Below are positions 27,601-36,900 of a stretch of DNA of 64,000 nt, in pieces. The position numbers and the translations under genes are program-made. This stretch comes from Tubiluchus corallicola (Eukaryota > Animalia > Priapulida). The notes below the pieces were generated by a model that worked only from the letters and a program-made list of their open reading frames with translations, had not been told where the DNA came from and did no database searches. The stretch lies in assembly GCA_030141605.1 (NCBI GenBank), contig JAQGDQ010000002.1:930001-994000 (forward strand). Reading direction: 5' to 3'. The number at the start of each line of letters is the position of its first letter. The stretch's first letter is position 1.

Positions 27601-30286
27601 TTTTTCTCTTCTGAACAATCAAGCAGTAGCAAAATAACTGCTGTGATATCAACATTTCACAGTTCAAAACAAGACAGCAGTATTTTGGAAATTTGGATAA
27701 CTTAACTGCAAAACATTGAACATTGGCTGCTTTGACAGGCCTATTTCAAAGGACAGAAGTAACCTAAATTTTCACATAGGCCTAATGATGTGATAACAGT
27801 ATGGCAGTAACTGCTCCCTACTAGTCAATCGATTACTAAATTAGTTATCAGTGTATAACGCTTAGTTTTCCATTGGTAATTTGAAATGTTATTGCACTTT
27901 AAATATATTGAATAATCCAAATCAAATTTTTATTTACAAGCACTTAAAAACATTTATAGTTAAAATCATGTCAAACGTTTTGACGGAGCTACTGTTGTCA
28001 TCATCAGTGGTAAATTTTACAAACATACAACCAGTTTATATTAGCACAGCCTACAATATAGAACATTATACACTAATTAATATCTCGCTAATTAATTTTT
28101 TAATTTCTTGTCAGTTCTTGGCCATATTTGTGCCTCTGGTCACAAGCTGATTTTAATAATTTCAACATTGTGACTAGAGCTACAAATAACTGGGACTTAT
28201 TAATAAAAGAAAGTTTATCTATTTACAATAATAATGTACAAGCCTTCTCTTAATGTAGAATGTAGAGCCTTCTCTTAATGTACAAAGCAGATCAATTATT
28301 TTAACTTTATTTTCAAACACTTAGCTACTTGTTACTGTATCAATTAATTTTCTACAGGCCTGCTTAATCATTACCTATTTGGCATTTTGTAAATACATAA
28401 TTAGAGCATAATTTACTGTGTAAATTTCTTTTCTACTGGTCTGCTTATGCATTACCTATTTGGCTTCTGTTAAATACATAATTAGAGCATAATTTACTGT
28501 GTAAATTTCTTTTCTACTGGTATGCTTATGCATTACCTATTTGGCTTCTGTTAAATACATAATTAGTTCATAAGGTTCTATACTGTAGGCTCTGCCTATA
28601 TAAATTGGTAGTATGTTTGTAAAATTTAGCACTGATGATGACAGCAGTAGCCCTGTCAAAACGTTTGACATGATTTTTAACTATGTAAATTAAAAGTTTT
28701 AATAAAGTTTTGTTGTTTTAACTTTAAATATATTGGTTTATAACAATATATTTTCGTGTGATTTCAATGCAACTGACACTCACTTTTGAGAAACAGTTTT
28801 CAGTATTATTGATAAAGTGTAGTATAGTACTAATAAAACTTTTTAGTGATAATGTATATGGTAGCTTTATAATCACAACCAATTATCAACATTGGCAGAG
28901 CCTTGTTGAGCTAAATGCAGAGGCCAGATGAAAAAAATAGGGCCTATTTCAAACTATTTCTAGAAAATCAAATGCTCTGTGTAAGTTACGCATCTTTTAT
29001 GTATACACTTTCGTACACTGCAAGCGAGAATCCAACATTCAAAAACAAGGCCAACTCAATATATCAATTGTTGATATTCATTGCAAGACAGGAACTTGCC
29101 AGGCTCATTATCAAAGGTAACCTTCTAGCTAAGATGAGCTACTAAAAGAGCAGTTTTTCCAAAGTTCATATCTTTCCTCTATGAGATAAAAAGTGTGAAT
29201 CAACATGACAAATGAAATCGCTTACAGCAAGTATCAAGGGTGGTCACCTACCCATTCACCGCCCAGCCTTGTGAAAATTATACTCGGGTTCAATATATTC
29301 ATGTAAGACATGTACACATATTGGTATCAAAATGTATACTTAGAGCAGGCTATATAATATATGCTTTTCAAGTAAAAGAACATAAACAGAAATGAAAATG
29401 AAAAAACACATTTAAAAAGTTAAAACGATTCCGACCAGGGAAAGTAGGCACCCTCAAAACTGTAGTCTCACGCCAACTGGTCTGCGCCTGACTCTTTGTC
29501 CTAGGTTAGACATTAGTTTGGTTTGGGCCGTCAGGTTATCACTAACATTTAACTAGTGCTTGTATAAAAGATTTGAGATCACAAATTGTTTTAAAAATTC
29601 TGTAGCAATTAACGAAATTAACAATGACCTGCTCATATTTAGCTACAACCATATACTTGCACAGCTTCAAACATTCAGAAAATACTTCATAAAACAGGGC
29701 TTATGTATTTTGAGTTAATATTTTAATATATATCAATTTTTAGGCCTACAGAACTAGCTAATACAACAACATACAAACTATAAAATTAATAAAGTTTCTG
29801 ATTACAAGACAGATAAAATGCATATAAACTGGTTTACTGTGTCAAGTATCAGAAACATTTCACTAAAATGGAAGGTAGCTCTGAAAAAGTAGAATAGGAT
29901 ACCTTATTCCAACCACCCATTGAGGTGACTTTGGTATACAATAGATATAAATCCACATCTTTTCCATTGATGCTTGGTAATCTCAGTAATGGAGTCCTAA
30001 AAAAACAACAGCGTTAATTGCAGGGACACCAAAAAGGTTGGAGGTATATAGTAAATAGTAGTATTGTACTTAGTAATAACTAGTAATAGTATTAGTAGTA
30101 CATAGTAAAAAGAACTTGTAGAAATTAAATAAATGTTTGATAGTCGGTTTTATAATTAGTGATATAAAATCCGTGATTTAGGGCTTAATGACATTACCGT
30201 CTAGTTACGTGAAATTGTTTTAACCCATCTACAAATGCTTTCTTTTCCCGCTCGTACGCAGCAATGTCCTTTAAATGTTTAGCCAT
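482..30286 (-). CDS. ARID2: AT-rich interactive domain protein 2 (ARID2/BAF200/BAP170, PBAF subunit); 19 exons in window, 3' end outside window
   Basis: Exons: 30198-30286, 29903-29996, 27307-27404, 15452-15597, 13849-14135, 11909-11981, 10923-11079, 10242-10420, 9636-9845, 8679-8906, 8266-8533, 7440-7552, 6994-7179, 6285-6665, 6008-6171, 2321-4511, 1469-1640, 1233-1362, 482-661. All GT-AG, phases consistent (5346 nt = 1782 codons). Domain order [18 protein letters not shown]-like region, RFX winged helix, long Ser/Pro/Gln region, C2H2 fingers matches ARID2. Confidence 0.95.
1233..1362 (-). CDS. ARID2: ARID2 exon 18 (zinc fingers ...HCMEVH...CLWEQC...WSLATHMQ)
   Basis: ARID2-type tandem C2H2 pattern. 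Confidence 0.92.
1469..1640 (-). CDS. ARID2: ARID2 exon 17 (polyQ tract; start of C2H2 finger CMWKNC)
   Basis: CAG/CAA run followed by C.W..C. Confidence 0.9.
2321..4511 (-). CDS. ARID2: ARID2 exon 16, large low-complexity exon (2191 nt)
   Basis: 731-aa ORF; acceptor ttcattatag, donor G/gtaatt. Confidence 0.9.
6008..6171 (-). CDS. ARID2: ARID2 exon 15 ([11 protein letters not shown])
   Basis: LIK.LLANKV motif as in invertebrate BAP170; splice sites. Confidence 0.88.
6285..6665 (-). CDS. ARID2: ARID2 exon 14 (Pro/Ser-rich)
   Basis: ORF 6223..6627 trimmed to splice sites. Confidence 0.88.
6994..7179 (-). CDS. ARID2: ARID2 exon 13 (Thr/Ala/Ser-rich)
   Basis: Open frame with tttgcag/gtatct; phase 1/1, so it could be a cassette exon. 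Confidence 0.7.
7440..7552 (-). CDS. ARID2: ARID2 exon 12 (EVFPWVG...HHEGLRRK, end of RFX domain)
   Basis: VFP...H..G.R.K motif; donor position chosen by phase. Confidence 0.85.
8266..8533 (-). CDS. ARID2: ARID2 exon 11 (RFX-type winged helix, [10 protein letters not shown]...MYTEYL...FGECVR)
   Basis: RFX DNA-binding-domain pattern WL..F...Y..Y...F.....R. Confidence 0.92.
8679..8906 (-). CDS. ARID2: ARID2 exon 10
   Basis: [14 protein letters not shown]...MKVVE motif; phase 1/1. Confidence 0.88.
9636..9845 (-). CDS. ARID2: ARID2 exon 9 (LEILTNLCQ...[13 protein letters not shown])
   Basis: Conserved ARM-like helices; splice sites. Confidence 0.93.
10242..10420 (-). CDS. ARID2: ARID2 exon 8 (FFLLCAQ...[10 protein letters not shown])
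   Basis: Conserved LDTL.NIA motif; splice sites. Confidence 0.92.
10923..11079 (-). CDS. ARID2: ARID2 exon 7 ([19 protein letters not shown])
   Basis: Conserved ILRNLSFE motif. Confidence 0.93.
11909..11981 (-). CDS. ARID2: ARID2 exon 6 ([15 protein letters not shown]...)
   Basis: Conserved FW..D; phases 0/1 fit the neighbouring exons. Confidence 0.85.
13430..13625. repeat. Diverged tandem duplication, about 100-bp unit x2
   Basis: atatttcagacctgtaa...ctggaaataggtactt...ctatagtat repeated. Confidence 0.8.
13849..14135 (-). CDS. ARID2: ARID2 exon 5 ([29 protein letters not shown])
   Basis: Signature ARID2 motif within ORF 13798..14130. Confidence 0.95.
14583..14714. repeat. Near-perfect palindrome inside a (CA)n/(TA)n microsatellite
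   Basis: agtccagccgagatgtatatagatatac...gtatatctatatacatctcggctggact; (CA)n at about 14526-14582. Confidence 0.9.
15452..15597 (-). CDS. ARID2: ARID2 exon 4 ([14 protein letters not shown]...)
   Basis: End of ARID domain YL..YEKVH; tttgcag/gtaagt. Confidence 0.92.
16180..16700. promoter_or_regulatory. CpG-rich regulatory island in ARID2 intron 3
   Basis: Locally GC/CpG-rich; CRE TGACGTCA 16533-16540; X-box-like GTTACTACAACAAC and CCTAGCAAC at 16326-16350; YY1-like AGATGGCCGC. Confidence 0.45.
17560..17970 (+). mobile_element. Degenerate LINE (CR1/L2-like) ORF2 3'-end relic
   Basis: Frameshifted peptides HYGTNSI / AIIL*NSL / [17 protein letters not shown] resemble the YG..S...WN.L...S...FK..LK C-terminus of CR1/L2 ORF2. 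Confidence 0.5.
20975..21062. mobile_element. Small hairpin-type repeat (MITE-like)
   Basis: ggtaaaaaagccacaagaaaaa...tgtgactttttcctgtgactttactacc inverted arms around an aaccctatcctaac core. Confidence 0.45.
23109..24285. mobile_element. Foldback-type element; long inverted arms built from about 16-17-bp subrepeats
   Basis: Left arm repeats (a)ggaaattttggtac at 23109-23365; right arm repeats gtaccaaattttcc at 24000-24285. Confidence 0.8.
27307..27404 (-). CDS. ARID2: ARID2 exon 3 (ARID domain [33 protein letters not shown])
   Basis: ARID W.EI...LK..Y motif; donor gtaagg. Confidence 0.93.
27955..28685. mobile_element. MITE-like element with about 125-bp TIRs and an internal about 71-bp tandem repeat
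   Basis: aaatcatgtcaaacgttttgac...tcatcatcagt (27955-28080) is the reverse complement of 28560-28685; tandem copies at 28360-28565. Confidence 0.8.
29903..29996 (-). CDS. ARID2: ARID2 exon 2 (ARID domain [31 protein letters not shown])
   Basis: Canonical ARID motif DL..LY..V...GG; ag/gt junctions. Confidence 0.93.
30198..30286 (-). CDS. ARID2: ARID2 exon 1 (start codon; [29 protein letters not shown])
   Basis: ATG at 30286; resembles the ARID2 N-terminal F..L.QFH..R helix; donor gtaatg. Confidence 0.9.
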
Positions 30287-30289
30287 CTA

Positions 30290-30780
30290 AGCGCACTATA
30301 TCGGTCACCTCGCAGCTGATCAACGTTCCAGTTTACTTGTGTGTAGATATTGATGAGATGGCTATAACGTACGCGATCATTCATGCACCCCAGAAAAACA
30401 CAAAATCTAGATCAACGGAAAGCTGGCAATGCATACGAGCGCGACATGGCACTAAACTTCAAACGTGAAAATGAACGACCAGAAACATATTTGAACGGAA
30501 ATACTTTTACATCTCTACAAAATCACGCTTCCAGGTGCTAACTACACGAAAAAACAGACACTACAGCATGTGGTCAGCCCACACTCGGCGAATAAAAATC
30601 CCATCCTCACAAGATTTCTCCAACAAAGATACTGGATATGCCGAAAATCTCACTTGCTCGCAGAGGGTATCGACCAACTTTCATTGTCTCGAAGAAACGC
30701 GAAATGGCGGCTTCCAGTATTTTTCTGTAGTTTAGAAAATTGCCACCAGAGGACAGCATCTGATAATCCAGCAAAGTCAT
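30290..30780 (-). promoter_or_regulatory. Putative ARID2 promoter/5'UTR region
   Basis: CpG-enriched stretch directly upstream of the ATG; YY1-like AAATGGCGGC near 30702; CTCF-like CCACCAGAGGACAGCA at 30743-30758. Confidence 0.55.
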
Positions 30781-32283
30781 CACAACAGTCTTTCCGTAGA
30801 TTTTTTTGCATACAAAAAATATTTCTGTAACTTATTTAAAATTTTTTATTTATTCAATTATAATTTTCATTAAAATATTAATGTCATTGTAGTTATTTTC
30901 GTGGTTCAATATGTTTATTTTATAGACTTCCAGGTTAGTTAAGTTCTTAAGGTATTAATGCCTTGTAGTTATTTTCGAGGTTCAATATAGATAATATTTT
31001 CATAAATTACTGTCATAGTTGTTAGTTGAGTCCTTAAAATCTGAAGTTAGAGTATTACCATAGAAACGCACTTGTACTAAAGCATGAATTACTTTTTCCC
31101 AAATAAAAAAACAATATGAAAAAGTATAATTCTAAATCAAAGTCGATGGGAAGAGGTGGCGACAAACATAATGTCACTGAATCAGCCACCCATGACACGT
31201 TAGTAGTCATTTCATTGGGTATTGCAAAATTTAAATAATTAGCACATGTATGAAATAGTTATTGTTTTTCACAAAAAGTATATTTTTTCTATTAGTAAAT
31301 AAAATCGCAGTCATAATTACTGCATATTTAAAAATAAAATGTTGATTATTTTTACTTGATCATTTACATATCTATAAAATGAAACATAAACACGAATTAG
31401 GTCTGTTTTATAGTTGTTCTTCAAAACTGGAAAGAATGATTGTAGAACTAAAATTCTTCGTGATTATTCGATTTTGGCCACAGACTACATTAAAAAAATT
31501 GCTGAAAAAGTTCATCTCACGATTTTTGTTAACCCATTACAGCAAAAACTTCGCTTCTTTTTTAACAATATAATTATTATAAGCCAGGTTTATAACCTTC
31601 TCTACTTGAATCAAGTTTAGCTACAACCGAAGTACTAATTAAAGTCAGAAGCATGTTGATATTTTCTGTAGAATACTAAAATGGCAATCCAATTTTGCTC
31701 TACGGAAATCCTGTTTTGGGGTTTTTATACGTGCTAACAGATGGCGCCAGCATGCAAGTGTGACTACAGTTACTATATATTTACTGCGTGTGATCAGGGA
31801 CTACTATATATACACAAGAGTTTCACTGTATTTAGTAGTCCCTGGTGTGACATACTGCAAAGTTTAATGTAATTTTTCTGATTGTTTTGTTATTAAGTTA
31901 ACTTGTAAAATATCATGCCGTGTGTGTGTTACTAGTGATTTAGTTGCCCGATCACACCTCTAATATGAATTTCTGCATTTATACAAATATAAAATAATAA
32001 GGCTTTTTGTTACCGGCACTTATTCATTTTAGTGCAATGGTTGTGTGTTTTGAGATTTGCATGCAATTTGTACTGGCATTACTCGTAAATTGCTCTTTTC
32101 CCCTTCTTAAGCCTCCAGCAAAAATCTTTTATTATGATGATAGACATACTGATTAAAATTAATGCTAGATATCAAAATTACTCTGATACTGACCATAAAA
32201 TCGACTTTGACTGTGTTTTCAAAGGCTGTGTAAAGTTTCACATCACATGAACAGACAAAAATGTAATGTTTTTAATTTCAATC

Positions 32284-32289
32284 TTTATT
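32284..32289 (-). terminator. Candidate AATAAA polyadenylation signal of the lectin receptor gene
   Basis: tttatt on + strand, about 700 nt downstream of the stop. Confidence 0.45.
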
Positions 32290-32998
32290 GAGCAAATAAT
32301 AATTAGTCACATAAATAATTATCTCTTAGTTCAACATAATAATAATGAGCCATTTACAATGACAAATAATATCATGCCGATGTAACAATATTGGTTTTAA
32401 CACGAGAATACTGATATTGGATATAACTGCAGGCATAATAAATTGTAAATTGCACATTGAGCAGCATCCTTACACCACTGGGAACCATCATCCCAGAAAA
32501 AAGTGTCAAAATAGCATGCAAACTGGCATTTTCAGAAATAATGTAAACTGCACCTGCAAACACAAGGATTTGGACACAAAGACCTTAGCAAACCAATCAA
32601 TTATCCAGTTGAAATGTTTAATATTAGCATCACACAACTTGAGGTACTTATAAAGGTTAGATAAGCTAGTATTACATGGATACATGAACATGTGCATGCA
32701 CTCACACTTTTTTAAGGAAAAAAAGCGTGAGGAAAAATTTATACAGAAGTAGATTACTGCTGCATCCACTACTGATTTTTCATGAATGCACGTTAGCTAA
32801 TAATTATTCGCTAATATATAACACAAACTATAAAGCAAATTTTTTTGAGCATTTTTGGCTAAAAATCAGGAGCACAAGCTGTGTGTCTGCATTCTGATAG
32901 GTAAAGTGTCAGGTGATAAAGGTATTAGGTATCTACAAAACATCAGATTCACTAAAACTGATCAAATCAATGGCACTAGTTTAAATGAAAAGTTATTG

Positions 32999-33902
32999 CT
33001 AAGGTCCCGAGCTTTTATAAATGTCATTCACAACCATGCCAGAGTTGGAATGCCTTTTTTGTACAGTTTTTTTCACTTGGGATGTGGGAATGTTTTGATT
33101 ATCATCTTCCACAGCATAGTTTTCATACACTCCATTATCACCTTCCACATCTTCCACATCTTCATCTGGTGGAGTGTCGTACATTCGGTACACATCCTCC
33201 CCTTCTTCAGAGTTCCTCTTTTTATCCAATACCTCCTGCTGTATGGCCCGTCCCTGAGCTTCTGCCTCTGCAGAAGCCTGTCGAAGTACAGAATTACCTT
33301 TTGGCTTGTTTGGTCGTGAATAAAGAACAGCAGATAACTGTTTCTTAAACAAACTGGAACTGAGGTTATTCTCTAATTTTGGGGCAGGCTTTGCTGAAGT
33401 TGTTGGGCCACTCTGAGAAGTAGGCTGCACTTGTGAAGCTTCGTCGCTGGGCCTTTTTCTTAAAATGGGTTTAAGTGGCTTCTTTGCAGGAGCTTCAGAC
33501 TTATTTGCTGGAGCCATAGGCGCATCTGTTTCTGGAGGAGGAGGTGGGGCTGGGGGAGGGGCAGGAACTCCATTCATTTTTCCATTTGGCTTTAGAGGAA
33601 CTTTAGGTTTTGTGGCTGCAATGCCACCAAGGGGTGGCGGCGGAGGTGGTGGTGCCACTGTAGGGGGAGGCACAGTATGCTTTTCCTCCTTTTCAGTTGG
33701 TTTTGTATGGATGTGACCATTTACTCCATTCACAACATTGCTTCCCCCATCCAGAGGGACACAGTGAGTTATTGATGGTCGCTCGCCACTGCTGTTGCTG
33801 TAGTTACTTGCACGACGTTCCTGCTTGCTAGGTGAAACCACATCGTCGTAGACATACTCTTTTAAACATGGAAGTTCTATCTTAGGTAGAGTTAATATCT
33901 TC
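32999..33902 (-). CDS. Lectin receptor: last exon, about 300-aa proline-rich cytoplasmic tail
   Basis: 306-aa ORF trimmed at acceptor tttacag; phase matches the TM exon; stop TAG at 32999. Confidence 0.9.
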
Positions 33903-36900
33903 CTGTAAACAGAAATCACTGTTTATTTAATCACTCAGCTCTCCAGAAGTAATAATTTTATATAATGCACTGTAATATAAAAACAGAATGCGAAACCACG
34001 TACTTACATGGCATAGCATGATAGGACACATCTTACATAGCTGCAGGATAGCATACTAGTGGGATAGCAGGATAGCTTAATTACAAGTTTCAGAAGCAGT
34101 TTCATGCATGAATTAATGATTGCAAGGCAAATACTGTAAATCAAAATTATTTACAGGTTAGGCAAGTTATACCTACACATATTATTTATCAAACTACTAA
34201 TGTAGGAAAATGTAAAATAAACAGAAGAGCAAGTCACGGACACACATAACATGTATTATTACCATAAGGTTATTTAAAAAAATGAAATAACTTACTTGCG
34301 ATATAACATCATCAATATGAGTGCAGCCACGACGACAAGAATGATGGAAAGGGTCACTCCTATAGCTATTCCAATTCCTATAGCAAACACGTAACAGGGC
34401 AGTTATTCAAAAAATCTATTTATGCTTACAGATTTGCTAACTGCAAACTACACTCTTACAAACTGCTAAATGGAACAACAAATTGAGCCATTTACAAGCA
34501 AACAAGTTATGCTTAGATGTGTAGTGGTAATATAAGAGGTGGAGTATAGCTAAACAGTAAGCATGTATCAGATTCAAGTAACCCATGAAAAGGTTAATAA
34601 ACAGTTTTACTGTTACACAAGAGTACTTCCATTTTGCTGTGGAGCTTACATATTAATCATCACTGTCTGCTTGTGAGATAAGTAAAGTAAGTAAATTACT
34701 GGTGAGTAGAAAAAAGCATTCAGTGCCAAAAAGCAAACAAAAGTGAAGAAGGGAAAAATAGGTTTATCTAGGCTTGATATCATAGACTGGATGGGCCTCG
34801 AAACTATCAGCAATTGTTGGTTGAATTAGCCATACATTAATTAAACTAATTAGTTGTTACAGAATTCCACAAAAAGGGCTCGTATTTTAAACAGGATTCA
34901 TCATTATACCATATTAGTATTCTTATATAGGAGCATCCTTCTGGAGATACCTAATTACTGATTATCTCAGGTGTTTGGTTTTCTCAAATGAGTTTAGAAA
35001 ATACAGTTAATAATTAAAAATAAATGGCTATGTATATATGTGTGCTTACACATGCTTTCATTATAGTTTGTAAAATTATTGAAGTGGTTTAGGAACATAA
35101 GAAGCTGTTTAGAAAAATGTGTCCTAGAAAAAGTGCAAGAACACTGTGGTCATGTTACCTTTTTGTTTTTCCTTTTCCGCAGCTTCCGAGCTGTTTGCAT
35201 CTTCATAATGGCCAACTGGCGGTGGCTCATTGGCACCTGAAATAATTCATAATTTTATATGCACCTAAAGATAAAGTAGTAAGGATTTATTTGTCGTCAA
35301 TTGGCTTATAGTACTTGTTTGTGCTACTGCTCTCTTATCCATGAAATTATTTCAGATAAACGTTGCCATATTAACATCAGTCTTTCTTGTTTCAAGAAGA
35401 ATACCCACTAGAGCAACTACCTATAGCGAAAAATTAGCTTTAAGAATCCCATTGTTCTACATTTTAGACCTGGTTTCATATTTTAATATTCTAACTGCAG
35501 CTCCTTAAAAGTACATGGTCTCTGGTCTTGTATAATAGCTAGAATCAGGTCACTCAATACAGGTGACATGACCCATGTAATGACATGAAGTTACTAAAGG
35601 CAATTTTCATTTTTTGCTCTAGTGACCTTGATCTTTGACATTTCAAACCCAAAATCAGTGAATTTCCACTTCTTGCCCAGGCCAATCCTTGTGCCAAGTT
35701 TTGTGGTTATAGTTTCAGCTGTTTTGATTTTGTGTGGACAGACATGCACACAGACAGATTCAACTAAATGCTCACATAAGTTATTTATTCAAAATTACAT
35801 GCTTAAATATTGCAATGTCTACAACTCTACACACCCATACATAATGGCGGCTCAGCACTCCATTGTCCAGTTGTAAGCCAGCAGTTAACTATGGCTTCAC
35901 CGTACATTCTATAGTTTTCGTTGCAACTGTACATAACTGCGTAAGCCACATCACGGTCTTCCACTGTCTTGTTGACCTGGTATTTTCCATGCTCTATTTC
36001 AGGAATTTTCCCGCAGTTGACCACTAAAGCAAAGAATAATGTAAACAAAACAAAAATGAGTGTAGTGATGATTCATTAGTAATTAGAAATCTAAACATGT
36101 TTCTCAGTCAGTTGACTATTTTTAACTATAAAGTTAAAGCATTAACGATTCAAATTTGGCCTTAAATGAAGTGTGCTTTTTGATATTTGTAGTTCACCTA
36201 AAATTAAATGCATTCCCAACTAAAATTATTAGGAAAATATCACTGACTTTGCTGTTTGGCTACAGGTTTAATAAAAGGTGGTCATGTATGTTACAGTGCC
36301 TTTCAAATGGGTGGAAATCACCTTACTTAATTATAATCCATATATCAACTATCAACTTTAATACATTTAAGAAACATTGTTAGCCTTATGCAAAAGATAA
36401 AAAGGGTTCAAATGAAATGCCGATACAGTTTGTGATTGCTTCCCTTTTTAACTGTAATTGAATGTAATGGACTGATATAACAGCATGTTAAGATTTTCCC
36501 AAAAATGAGAATCTAATAAAGCAACACAGTAATATGAATATGTTTAACGAATGTAACACTAAGAGAACTCATATAAAGTGCATTTATTAATCCTTCAAAA
36601 TTTTAAATAAAAGAATATAAACTTACGTATGCATTTTGGCTGCTCTCCACTCCATGTTCCATTTTCTAAGCAACGTCTATGTGATGAACCCACAAGTTTG
36701 TACATATTGTTACAGGAGAATTCAGCTCGGCTTCCATAATGTGTTGTTTTATCAATCATTTTCATTTGACCAGCCTTGGGCTTGAGCAGTTTACCACAGT
36801 CGACATCTGTAATGTGGCAGTGAAAACTTCATTATAGAAGCCGTGATGAGTGCGACCTTTAATATCATTTTAGTTTAAGAACACTATTTACATACACTTA

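Noticed and set aside
32855-33716. Plus-strand ORFs of 154, 88 and 83 aa
   Set aside because: Antisense shadows of the receptor's last exon
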